Positions 8,572 through 17,400 of a stretch of DNA of 54,408 nt are shown here, piece by piece. Position 1 is the first letter of the stretch, and each line of letters begins with the position of its first letter. Under the pieces are notes generated by a model that did no database searches, had not been told where the DNA came from, and saw only the letters and a program-made list of their open reading frames with translations. The position numbers and the translations under genes are program-made. The stretch is taken from positions 1 through 54,408 of the forward strand of contig JAHFJG010000008.1 in assembly GCA_023246005.1 (NCBI GenBank). The letters are read 5' to 3'. Source of the stretch: Candidatus Doudnabacteria bacterium (GTDB lineage Bacteria > Patescibacteriota > Doudnabacteria > UBA920 > O2-02-FULL-48-8).

Positions 8572-10065
8572 ATGAAAAAAAATACTACAATTCAAACTTC
8601 ATCTAATCCCACAATTTGGCTCGGGCCAATTTTAATTTTAGGCGGCTTGCTTCGTTTCTATAATAATACAGCAGTGGCGCTCTGGCACGACGAAGCTTTT
8701 TCTGCGCTGTATCTGCGGTATCCTTGGGCAGAAATGATGAGGAGAATCGGACTGGATGTTCATCCGCCGTTCTATTACTGGGTTTTGCGGCTTTGGACTT
8801 ATGTATTCGGGCAAGGCCTGCTCTCTCTCCGCTCGCTTTCGATTCTGTTTGGAATTATGACAATCTACGCAGGTTATTTGTTTGTTAAATTAGCGTTTGA
8901 AAATGAAAGATTGGCCATTCTGGCGGCATTCTTTTTGGCCATTAATCCATTCCAGATTCAATATTCACTTGAAGCTCGGATGTACACGCTTGGCACATTT
9001 TTGATTTTACTATCATCTTATTTTTTGATCAAAGCGCTTAGGACAAACAAAAATTTCCATTGGATAATTTACGGAGTCCTAACAGCGGCAAACTTTTATA
9101 CTCATTACTTTTTATTTTTTTCAGTGGTCGCGCAGGGCTTGTATTTCTTCTACTATATCTGGAAAGAAAAAAATCTGATGATCAAAGGCTGGTTCGCGTA
9201 TATTTTAAGCGTCATTCTTTTTCTGCCTTGGATTCCAACTTTGTTGATTCAAATCAAACGAGTTGAAAAACAATATTGGATTCCGGCTCCTGACCGTTGG
9301 TCAATTCCAGGAACCATTTGGAAAATGGCATTTGGCGGACAGGGCAACGATCATATTACGCTGATAATTACTACGATCATCGCGTTAGTTTTGTTGATTT
9401 ACTTTTTTCGGGAAACTAAGCCTCCTGTAAAATGGTTTATTGTCTTAGGAGTAATGGTGCCGTTCATCGCTTCTCTATTATTGTCATTCAAACAAGCCAT
9501 TTATCTGGATCGGTATTTCGTTTTTGCGTCTTTGCATTTTACGATTCTGATTGCGGCAACTTTATTCTTGATCCCAAAGTATACCAATAAGCGAACTTTG
9601 ACAATATTGTTCGCTGCTTTCAGTATTTTTATTTTTTTTAAAAATTGGCACGACTTAGGTTCAATTAAAAACAAGCCGGGCATGGCCGCGGCTTCAAGTT
9701 TTATTAATGACAATGTCAAACCAAAAGATAAAATTTACGTTGGTTCAAGCTTTATCTATTTCACTTTCAAATACTATAACCATACCAATCGTCCGCCGAA
9801 ACTTATATCCTCGATTCCTCTTGACCAGATCCCGCATTTTTCCGGCACAGCGCTTCTAAATCCTGATGATTTGATTTTAACTGATACAATCTTTAACAAT
9901 CCCGAAGTTGCAAAAAATGATACTGTCTGGCTTCTGTGGACAACTGGTTTTGGCGGGAACAAACCAAATGTTCCTGGCATTTGGCAAAAAGTTGCTGAAA
10001 AAAGTTATAGCGACACTTCTGGCTTTAAAGGCGATATCATAGTCACCGAATATCATGTGGATTAG
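8572..10065 (+). CDS. Glycosyltransferase family 39 / ArnT-PMT-like membrane protein (paralog)
   Basis: It has a WHDEAFSALY loop motif, many TM helices and a soluble C-terminus. It is in tandem with the previous GT39 gene. Confidence 0.8.
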   Translation: MKKNTTIQTSSNPTIWLGPILILGGLLRFYNNTAVALWHDEAFSALYLRYPWAEMMRRIGLDVHPPFYYWVLRLWTYVFGQGLLSLRSLSILFGIMTIYAGYLFVKLAFENERLAILAAFFLAINPFQIQYSLEARMYTLGTFLILLSSYFLIKALRTNKNFHWIIYGVLTAANFYTHYFLFFSVVAQGLYFFYYIWKEKNLMIKGWFAYILSVILFLPWIPTLLIQIKRVEKQYWIPAPDRWSIPGTIWKMAFGGQGNDHITLIITTIIALVLLIYFFRETKPPVKWFIVLGVMVPFIASLLLSFKQAIYLDRYFVFASLHFTILIAATLFLIPKYTNKRTLTILFAAFSIFIFFKNWHDLGSIKNKPGMAAASSFINDNVKPKDKIYVGSSFIYFTFKYYNHTNRPPKLISSIPLDQIPHFSGTALLNPDDLILTDTIFNNPEVAKNDTVWLLWTTGFGGNKPNVPGIWQKVAEKSYSDTSGFKGDIIVTEYHVD

Positions 10066-10097
10066 TTGAGAAACAAAAATCTGCCGAGGCGGGTTTT

Positions 10098-10562
10098 TTA
10101 TTTGTCCAAATATGACTTCAGTTTATCCGCATAGGGCTTTTTTTCTTCCATAGTTGGCCAGTAAGTATCTTTATAGTTCAAATATAAATTGTCTCCGCCA
10201 AATCTCGGAAAAATGTGCAAATGATAATGCCAGACATCCTGATTACCAGCAGGCTCATTATGTTGCCTTGTCGAAATCCCGTCGCATTTATAAGTTTCCT
10301 TTAGGGCCACTGCAACTTTTTTGGAAAAGTCAAAAATCTTATGTCCCAAATCTTTCGGCATATCGTAGATATTTTCAATGTGCTGGTTCGGTATGATAAT
10401 TACATGTCCTGGATTTGATCTCCACCATTTACCAGCAACAAAAACCGTGATGAAGTCATGTCGAAAAATGATGCTTTCTTCCTGATTGCCGTGTTGTGTA
10501 TCTTCACCTTTCGCGATTTGGCATAAAGGGCAGATATAATTTTCTGGTTCGTGATTATACAT
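10098..10562 (-). CDS. HIT-family nucleotide hydrolase/transferase
   Basis: It has the histidine-triad motif HYHLHIFPR and an N-terminal CPLC. Confidence 0.85.
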   Translation of the reverse strand: MYNHEPENYICPLCQIAKGEDTQHGNQEESIIFRHDFITVFVAGKWWRSNPGHVIIIPNQHIENIYDMPKDLGHKIFDFSKKVAVALKETYKCDGISTRQHNEPAGNQDVWHYHLHIFPRFGGDNLYLNYKDTYWPTMEEKKPYADKLKSYLDK

Positions 10563-10565
10563 AGG

Positions 10566-11213
10566 TTATCCGATCACTGTTCCTTTGTACGGCTTACCAC
10601 TCAAAAAGTTTTTGAGGTTTGTCAGCGATTTGCCGTTCATTAGAACTACTTGCAGCTTAAGTTTCTCCGCCAATTTCGAAGCAACCGGATCAAACGGCAA
10701 GTTCAAGCCCGGATCCCATTTCTTGCCTATGATTTTACGGAAATCTTGCCAAGAAATTATCTTCAGAGGTTTGGCATCTTTATGTTTTTTTGGATTCTTG
10801 TCATAAACATAATCAATGTTGGTCAAATTAACGATATAGTCAGCTTTATACCTTTTGGCAAAAATCACAGCATCATAATCTGAAGAGCGTCCCGGCCTTG
10901 CCTCGATCATATCCATAACCTTGACCTTTTTAATTTTCTTAAAAATACTCGCTAGTAGCAAGCTATTCAATCGAATCGAATAGATTCCCAGCCAATCCAG
11001 ATTATTTCGATCCAAATCGCCTAATGCCCTGGCGGCATTGGCATATTTTCTCGCAGTCCGGCCGCCTCCAGGCGCTATGACAAAAAATTTGCCGCGTTTT
11101 CCCTCATCTGATAAAAGTTTTTTTAATTGACGCAAAAAATTCACGTCAACCTCATGAGGCACAATTAACGATCCCCCCAAGGAAATAATATATCTCTTAT
11201 TTTTGATTGACAT
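10566..11213 (-). CDS. Amino-acid-kinase-fold protein, archaeal-type UMP kinase-like
   Basis: The motifs ISLGGSLIV and VIAPGGGRTARKY and the ~215-aa length resemble archaeal PyrH or isopentenyl-phosphate kinase. Confidence 0.65.
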   Translation of the reverse strand: MSIKNKRYIISLGGSLIVPHEVDVNFLRQLKKLLSDEGKRGKFFVIAPGGGRTARKYANAARALGDLDRNNLDWLGIYSIRLNSLLLASIFKKIKKVKVMDMIEARPGRSSDYDAVIFAKRYKADYIVNLTNIDYVYDKNPKKHKDAKPLKIISWQDFRKIIGKKWDPGLNLPFDPVASKLAEKLKLQVVLMNGKSLTNLKNFLSGKPYKGTVIG

Positions 11214-12159
11214 TTGTCGTAGTTCCAGCTGTGTCGCCCTGCGGGACTTGCCCGCAAGGACGGTCTTTAAGACAATAATATGCCCATTTGCTTAAGCGAA
11301 GGTCAATATACGCCAAATTTGGCTGATCTTTGGCCGCAATGACCTTATTTAATAATACTGCCAAGCTATTAAGTTGCGCAACTACCGGGCGCGTAATGTC
11401 AAAAAATACTGACCAGCCTGAAGCTGAAACAAATTCCACGTCCGGGTTTTCTTTGCCTAGGAATTTTACACGCATTATCGGGGTCGTCATTTTGTTTGGC
11501 CATTGCTTGCTCATGGATATGACAAATACGGTAAGCTTGGAATTGGACAAAACTTCGCCAGTAGCAAAATCTTCAGTCATTTCATCTGTCACGACCAAAA
11601 AATTTTTCGGATCAGGAATCTGACTGACAACTGTACCTTCGTCATCTATTAAAAAATATTTATTGTTAGATTGAATGACGAATCCGGGCAAGTGTTCCTG
11701 GACTTCAAACACGATTTTGTTTGGCCAGACACGCTTAACATTCACTGCTGCTTTGATCGTTGGAATAGCTGAAATCATCATTTGATTTAATCGCCCGGGC
11801 GTCAAAAGAAAAAAATCATTCTTTTTTATCAGAAAAAATCTCGATTTGCCAGCTGTAGCAACTACGTTTTTAATTTGCTCAGCGCGGATCTGCTGGTTGC
11901 CAGATACATCTATCTCTGTGACCACGAATTTAGAAGATATGACCAAAAAATATCCAGCAAACAAGACCAAAAACAAAAGAAGCATTTTGAAAATCTTTTT
12001 GCCGTCAACTTTCAAAAACATACTGGCTGTGAATCGGGAATTGATCGGATTAAACGCACGCTTATAGCCAGCCGCGGTCTTAACTTTACTTCGAAATTCT
12101 TGCGATCCAAATCGCCGCTTTGGTTCCAGTTTTTTTCTGTGTGTGGAAAAAATCTTCAT
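11197..12159 (-). CDS. ftsQ: Cell division protein FtsQ/DivIB-like
   Basis: An N-terminal TM helix is followed by a POTRA-like segment (VTEIDVSGNQQIRAEQI) and an FtsQ-type C-terminal domain. Confidence 0.7.
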   Translation of the reverse strand: MKIFSTHRKKLEPKRRFGSQEFRSKVKTAAGYKRAFNPINSRFTASMFLKVDGKKIFKMLLLFLVLFAGYFLVISSKFVVTEIDVSGNQQIRAEQIKNVVATAGKSRFFLIKKNDFFLLTPGRLNQMMISAIPTIKAAVNVKRVWPNKIVFEVQEHLPGFVIQSNNKYFLIDDEGTVVSQIPDPKNFLVVTDEMTEDFATGEVLSNSKLTVFVISMSKQWPNKMTTPIMRVKFLGKENPDVEFVSASGWSVFFDITRPVVAQLNSLAVLLNKVIAAKDQPNLAYIDLRLSKWAYYCLKDRPCGQVPQGDTAGTTTNVNQK

Positions 12160-12183
12160 TTATAATTAGTTAAAAGTTCGACA

Positions 12184-12214
12184 TTTATACTTGCATACGG
12201 GACAGTATGCAAGT
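12184..12214 (-). promoter_or_regulatory. ftsQ promoter plus palindromic operator (copy 2 of a 30-nt unit)
   Basis: TTGCAT (12212-12207) is followed by a 17-nt spacer and TATAAA (12189-12184). The palindrome is CTTGCATAC-N6-GTATGCAAG. The 30 nt at 12185-12214 are identical to 12742-12771. Confidence 0.6.
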
Positions 12215-12216
12215 AT

Positions 12217-12708
12217 TTAAATAGATAAACTCTTTCTAGCGGTAACCTCTCGCACTCTTCTTCTCAATACCTGATCAGCTTTGCTAAGTCCGCTTTTTAT
12301 CAAATTTTTTACTAAAACAGTTTCACGTAACTTGGGCCAATTTTTGTGCTCCAAATAATCCTGCCGAGAGTTGCGTTTAAGCTGAAAAGATTTCTCTAAG
12401 TCCAGCAATTTTTGATAAGCAATACGCAATCCTTTTCCATCCCTCTCTAAAGTATTGCTAACATTTGAAATTGTTCTCTCTGTCACTTTCAAATTATTCA
12501 TAATTGATTCGTAAGTCTCGCCAGCAAGCAATCTTCTGGCTATTTCAAGTCTCTTTGCGAACATCTTATATTCGGTATGTGTAAATAAATCTTTAAACAG
12601 CAATTTAATTTCCTCTTTAGCATCTATCAAAGTAAAAACAGACCAGAGGTTATTTATATAAAAACCCATTTTTTGAGGATTAATTGGCTTTCGAGATATT
12701 TTTGTCAT
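12217..12708 (-). CDS. TrpR/YerC-like helix-turn-helix regulator
   Basis: The segment FAKRLEIARRLLAGETYESIMNNLKVTERTISNVSN resembles Trp-repressor/YerC family HTH. The gene is bracketed by identical palindromes. Confidence 0.6.
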   Translation of the reverse strand: MTKISRKPINPQKMGFYINNLWSVFTLIDAKEEIKLLFKDLFTHTEYKMFAKRLEIARRLLAGETYESIMNNLKVTERTISNVSNTLERDGKGLRIAYQKLLDLEKSFQLKRNSRQDYLEHKNWPKLRETVLVKNLIKSGLSKADQVLRRRVREVTARKSLSI

Positions 12709-12740
12709 GATTCAACGTTCTTAAATTGCTAATTAAAATT

Positions 12741-12771
12741 ATTATACTTGCATACGGGACAGTATGCAAGT
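12741..12771 (-). promoter_or_regulatory. Promoter plus palindromic operator of the TrpR-like gene (copy 1)
   Basis: TTGCAT (12769-12764) is followed by a 17-nt spacer and TATAAT (12746-12741). The palindrome fills the -35 and the spacer. Confidence 0.6.
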
Positions 12772-12783
12772 GCTTTATTAATT

Positions 12784-13431
12784 CTATTTACTTCCATATA
12801 TAGCATGGTTTGCTCCCGTTACAAACGCCCAATAACGATCACCATAAGACCAGTGCCACCACTCATAAGGATAATTGACAAAACCGACTCTTTTCATGGC
12901 TTTAATCAAAATTTGACGGTTCTTTTTTGCTTGAGTAGAAATATTTTTCGCAAATGTTAAACTCGAGCTGGAACTGTCATTAACTTTTTGGCCCATGTTT
13001 AATTCCTTACCCTCTCTAGTCATCAAAGTTAAATCTATTGCCCCGCCTGTTGAATGAGGCGGAATGTCATACGGCAATGCCACCCATTCAGCCGCTTTGT
13101 CTACATAAAATTTTTCAGATTTTTTGGGGTATTTCTTCCTTAAATAATCGATATGCTGATTGTAAATAATTTTTTGAATTGAAATCGGGCGATATGCTTC
13201 TTTGATTTTCAAAACTATTCCTTTTGGCAAAGCTTTTTGCGCGATGGTCAATCTATCCGCTACTTCCTTTCTAAGTATGCACTTGGGCTCTGCAAATTTA
13301 TAGACATTTCTTCGGGTTGTATCATAAAACAAGTTGGGATACTTTTTTGATACATCCACGAAAGGCTCGTGATTATCTTTAACAGGTCTAACAGAAACTT
13401 TCGGATCGTTCAATTTAAATATTTTAGCCAT
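12784..13431 (-). CDS. ddpX: D-alanyl-D-alanine dipeptidase (VanX/DdpX, M15D)
   Basis: It has the zinc-ligand motifs HSTGGAIDL (SxHxxGxAxD) and EWWHW (ExxH). Confidence 0.85.
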   Translation of the reverse strand: MAKIFKLNDPKVSVRPVKDNHEPFVDVSKKYPNLFYDTTRRNVYKFAEPKCILRKEVADRLTIAQKALPKGIVLKIKEAYRPISIQKIIYNQHIDYLRKKYPKKSEKFYVDKAAEWVALPYDIPPHSTGGAIDLTLMTREGKELNMGQKVNDSSSSSLTFAKNISTQAKKNRQILIKAMKRVGFVNYPYEWWHWSYGDRYWAFVTGANHAIYGSK

Positions 13432-13432
13432 A

Positions 13433-14389
13433 CTACTCTTTTTCCAAAGCTAACTGAATTAATTTGTCCAAAAATTGAGAATACGACATTCCTGCGACTG
13501 CGGCTGACTGTGGGACCAAAGAAGTTTCTGTTAAACCCGGGATCGTATTAATTTCCAAAAAATATATCTGACCTTTGTTTGTAACGATGAAATCCGAACG
13601 GCTGACTCCGCGACAACCTAGCAAATCATGAATTTTGACCGCGATCTCTTGCAATTTTTTTGCCAAAGAGTTTGAAATACGAGCTGGTACAATTTCGTCT
13701 CTATATTCAGTATAGTATTTGGCCTTGAAATCAAAAAACTCGGATCCATTTTTAGGCACAATTTCAATCACTGGCAAAGCCTGTAATTTTTTATTGCCCA
13801 GAACAGGAACCGTAAATTCCTTGCCAGAAACATAATCTTCAATCATTACTTCATCATCATGCTTAAAAGCAAGCTCGACCCCCTTTTTGATTGCTTGTTT
13901 ATCAGATGTAATCGTAACACCGAAAGATGAGCCGATCCGGTTGGGCTTGATCACAACTTTGCCGCGAATTTCAGCAAGATATTTTTTTGAAATTTTGTTG
14001 TATTCATTCTTTTTGATCAGTAAATGCGGCGCGACCAAAAGGCCTTCAGATGAGACCAATCGCTTGGTCTTGGCTTTGTCCATAGCCAAAGCCGAGGCCA
14101 GCATGCCAGAAAAAGTATACGGAATTTTCAAAAGATCAAGCATGCCCTGAACTGTCCCGTCTTCCCCGCCAGGGCCATGCAAGGCCAGAAATGCAACATC
14201 GGATTTTAAAAGTTTTTTTATGTTTTTTGCAATCCACGATGATTCTTTTGTAACCTCAATTTTTTCAGTTATATATTTTTTCTTATCCAGATATTGAGCT
14301 ACATTTTTTCCTGAAATCAAAGACACTTCGCGCTCTTGCGAAGTCCCGCCAAAAATCAAAGCGACCCTAAGTTTTTTCTTTTTTGCCAT
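13433..14389 (-). CDS. ddl: D-alanine--D-alanine ligase
   Basis: ATP-grasp protein with the motifs ALHGPGGEDGTVQG, GSSFGV, FDFKAKYY and EINTIPG. Confidence 0.93.
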   Translation of the reverse strand: MAKKKKLRVALIFGGTSQEREVSLISGKNVAQYLDKKKYITEKIEVTKESSWIAKNIKKLLKSDVAFLALHGPGGEDGTVQGMLDLLKIPYTFSGMLASALAMDKAKTKRLVSSEGLLVAPHLLIKKNEYNKISKKYLAEIRGKVVIKPNRIGSSFGVTITSDKQAIKKGVELAFKHDDEVMIEDYVSGKEFTVPVLGNKKLQALPVIEIVPKNGSEFFDFKAKYYTEYRDEIVPARISNSLAKKLQEIAVKIHDLLGCRGVSRSDFIVTNKGQIYFLEINTIPGLTETSLVPQSAAVAGMSYSQFLDKLIQLALEKE

Positions 14390-15495
14390 TAGCGCAACAC
14401 TCTTTCGACCAAAGAATTAATTCTTGCCACAACTTCATAATTAATCGTGCCTATTTTTTTCGCTAACTCATCAGCCGTAATTTCTTCTTTTCCCTGCCGA
14501 CCAATCAAGATTGCCTCGTCCCCGACTTTGACTTTTTTCACATCCGTGACATCAACCATAATCAAATTCATGCACACACGACCCAAAAGCTTGCATCTCT
14601 TGCCGGCAATTAAAACTTCCCCGGAATTTGAAAGTTTGCGATCATAGCCATCAAAGTAGCCAACTGGCAAAACTGCCAGCTTTGTTTCCCGCTTTGTTTG
14701 ATATGTCATACCATAGCCAACATAACTGCCCTTGGAAAAACTTTTAATCTGAATGATCCGAGTATGCCAGCTTAATACCGGTTTAAGCTCGAACTTGGCC
14801 CTTTTCTTAGCTTCTAAAGATGGCCAAAGTCCATACAAACCAATGCCCAGCCTGACCAAATCATGCTGGCTATTTGGCACGACAATTCCTGCGGCTGTAC
14901 AGGCAATGTGCTTGATTGGATGCACGCCACGCCATTCCAATTCTTCAATCGCACTATTAAACAAATGGTTTTGTTTTTTCGTAAACTCAATGTCTTCCTC
15001 TGATGCGGCGAAGTGGCTAAACACGCCTTGGATTTTTAGATTCGGCAAATTTAAAATTTTGTGGATAAATAATGCAACTTGGACAGGATTTATACCCAGC
15101 CGCGAAGTACCAGTATCGACTTTCAAATGAATATTGGCTATAGTCTTTAATTTCTTGGCAGCTTTTGAAATCGATTGCGTTTGCTTTAAATCATAAACAA
15201 CCAAAGAAATATTTTGCTTAATCGCCTCTGAAACAGAATTCAAATCGTAATAACTCAAAACCAAAATCGGTTTTTTTATCCCCAACTTTCGCAGATGCAA
15301 AGCTTCATCTAAGTTCACAGTCGCAAACCAATCCACCGAATCTTTGATCGCTTCTGAAACCAAATCAACGCCATGACCATATGCGTTGGATTTAACCACG
15401 GCCATAATTTGGGTTCTTCCCACAATTTTTCGAAACTGTTTTAAATTATGCAGCAAATTTACTTTGCTGATTGAAACTTCGGAGAAAGATTTCAT
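14389..15495 (-). CDS. alr: Alanine racemase
   Basis: It has the PLP-lysine motif VVKSNAYGHG, a barrel and a C-terminal beta domain. Confidence 0.93.
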   Translation of the reverse strand: MKSFSEVSISKVNLLHNLKQFRKIVGRTQIMAVVKSNAYGHGVDLVSEAIKDSVDWFATVNLDEALHLRKLGIKKPILVLSYYDLNSVSEAIKQNISLVVYDLKQTQSISKAAKKLKTIANIHLKVDTGTSRLGINPVQVALFIHKILNLPNLKIQGVFSHFAASEEDIEFTKKQNHLFNSAIEELEWRGVHPIKHIACTAAGIVVPNSQHDLVRLGIGLYGLWPSLEAKKRAKFELKPVLSWHTRIIQIKSFSKGSYVGYGMTYQTKRETKLAVLPVGYFDGYDRKLSNSGEVLIAGKRCKLLGRVCMNLIMVDVTDVKKVKVGDEAILIGRQGKEEITADELAKKIGTINYEVVARINSLVERVLR

Positions 15496-16802
15496 TCGTT
15501 CTTGCGGATTATATCAAACCCGGTGTATGGCACCAAAACTTTCGGGACAATAATCGATCCATCGGCTTGCTGATTGTTTTCCATGATGGCAATCGGGATT
15601 CGGGACATGGCTATTGCTGTGGCGTCATTAGTATGAACAAATTCGGTCGAGCCGTCAGCCTTTCGATATTTGATATTCAATCTTCTGGCTTGATAGTCTG
15701 TCATATAATCAGCGCTGTGGGTCTCGCGATATTTATTCTGTCCAGGCAGCCAAGTCTCAATGTCCACCTGTCTGGCATTCGGCTTGCCCATATCGCCAGT
15801 GCAATTAATCACGACTTGATAAGGCAATTCTAATTGAGCAACCAAATATTCCTGAATCGCAATCAAAAATTTATGTTCGTCAAGGGAATTTTCAGCGGTC
15901 ATAAAAGATTCCATTTCAAGTTTGTCAAATTGATGAACTCTTAACATGCCTTTCGTGTCTTTGCCGTATGATCCGGCTTCTCGGCGGAAACACGTGGAAA
16001 AACCAAGATAGCGCAAAGGCAAATCTTTCTCATTCAAAATTTCATCCATGTGCATAGCTACCAATGTGTGTTCCGCGCTCCCGATCAAAAACAACTCATC
16101 CTTAGCCATTTTATATTTATCATCCTCGTCTTCCGGACTTAACCGACCGGTGCGCGTATAAACATCCGGCTTAATCATAACTGGCGGCAGTACGGGTATA
16201 AATCGTTTATCAGAAACTTTTAAATCCGCATCTTGCGCAATTTTGGCCAGAGTTTCTTTCGAAGTTAAAATTTTGTTGACAAACTGGACTATGGCAAATT
16301 CCAGTATCGCGGCTGCGCCTTTCTTGTAACCGAATCTAGCGCCTGAAACTTTGGCTGCACGCTCCATGTCAATGATCCCCAAATCTTCGCCCAGCGCCAA
16401 ATGATCTTTGACTTCAAAATCAAACTTCGGCAACTTGCCAATTTGCTTGATGACCTTATTTTCTGTTTCATCAGCGCCGATCGGCACATCATCAGTCGGC
16501 ACATTCGGCACTTGCTGCAGCGCTAGCGTCCATTGCGATTCAATTTCAGATAATTCCAACTCTAATTTCGCCAAATGTTCTTTTAACTTCTTGCTTTCTT
16601 CGATCAAATCATCGTCTTTTTCCTGTTGAATTTTTCCGCTAATTTCATTGCGTCGAGAGCGAATAGCTTCGCTTTCAATAATCAATTTTCGGCGCTGATC
16701 ATCCAAACCGATAACCTGGTCCAAATTTGCATTGGATTGTTTGTCCTTAATTGCTTTACGGACCTTTTCTTGATTGTCCCGAATGTATTTTATGTCTAAC
16801 AT
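15492..16802 (-). CDS. serS: Seryl-tRNA synthetase
   Basis: An N-terminal coiled-coil arm is followed by a class II core (FRREAGSYGKDTKGMLRVHQF). Confidence 0.95.
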   Translation of the reverse strand: MLDIKYIRDNQEKVRKAIKDKQSNANLDQVIGLDDQRRKLIIESEAIRSRRNEISGKIQQEKDDDLIEESKKLKEHLAKLELELSEIESQWTLALQQVPNVPTDDVPIGADETENKVIKQIGKLPKFDFEVKDHLALGEDLGIIDMERAAKVSGARFGYKKGAAAILEFAIVQFVNKILTSKETLAKIAQDADLKVSDKRFIPVLPPVMIKPDVYTRTGRLSPEDEDDKYKMAKDELFLIGSAEHTLVAMHMDEILNEKDLPLRYLGFSTCFRREAGSYGKDTKGMLRVHQFDKLEMESFMTAENSLDEHKFLIAIQEYLVAQLELPYQVVINCTGDMGKPNARQVDIETWLPGQNKYRETHSADYMTDYQARRLNIKYRKADGSTEFVHTNDATAIAMSRIPIAIMENNQQADGSIIVPKVLVPYTGFDIIRKNE

Positions 16803-16803
16803 A

Positions 16804-17400
16804 TTATTTACTTATTTCAATTAAAATATCTTTAATTTTATCTAACGCGGCTTTGCGATGATCTAAAATATCGTGCTCTTCGTCTGTGATCTCGCACCAA
16901 TATTTATGATAGTTCGGCAGATACATTACGGTACGATATGGAAATCCAGGCATTAATTTTTCCGACGGCTTTTCTGCAATCACTCCAACAATATCCCCAT
17001 GAGAAGTAAAAACCCCAAATGGCGAGTCAACCGCAAGCACAACCGTAAATTTACAAGCTCGTTTATCTTTCGGCACATCTTTCATCCGCTTCATCACCTC
17101 TGCCACGATCTCATCATCTTTCATTTCGTGTCCGAGCCATCGATGGCTTTTCACGCCCGGCTCGCCGTTCAAAACATCAATTTCCATCCCGCCATCATCA
17201 ACCAAACTTGGAATTCCGGATTTTTCAAAATAATATTTCGCTTTATTTATGGCTTCTTCTTCAAATGTCGCGCCAATTTCCTCCGGAGCTGGAATTTTCA
17301 AATCTTTCGCCGTGACAATTTCTAAATCAAAACCTTTCAGCAATTGCTTATAACTTTCAATTTTGGCGTGATTTCCCGTGCCGAGTAATAATTTTTTCAT
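16804..17400 (-). CDS. rdgB: Non-canonical purine NTP pyrophosphatase (Ham1/RdgB family)
   Basis: It has the motifs GTGNHAKIES and VDDGGMEIDVLNGEPGVKSHRW. Confidence 0.85.
   Translation of the reverse strand: MKKLLLGTGNHAKIESYKQLLKGFDLEIVTAKDLKIPAPEEIGATFEEEAINKAKYYFEKSGIPSLVDDGGMEIDVLNGEPGVKSHRWLGHEMKDDEIVAEVMKRMKDVPKDKRACKFTVVLAVDSPFGVFTSHGDIVGVIAEKPSEKLMPGFPYRTVMYLPNYHKYWCEITDEEHDILDHRKAALDKIKDILIEISK

Noticed and set aside
13433-14389. Given the adjacent VanX-type dipeptidase, I considered whether the ligase is a VanA-like or Leuconostoc-like D-Ala-D-Lac ligase.
   Set aside because: Alignment by eye of FFDFKAKYY with E. coli DdlB FYDYEAKY keeps the Tyr equivalent to Tyr216. That position is Phe in depsipeptide-forming ligases. 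The enzyme looks like an ordinary D-Ala-D-Ala ligase.
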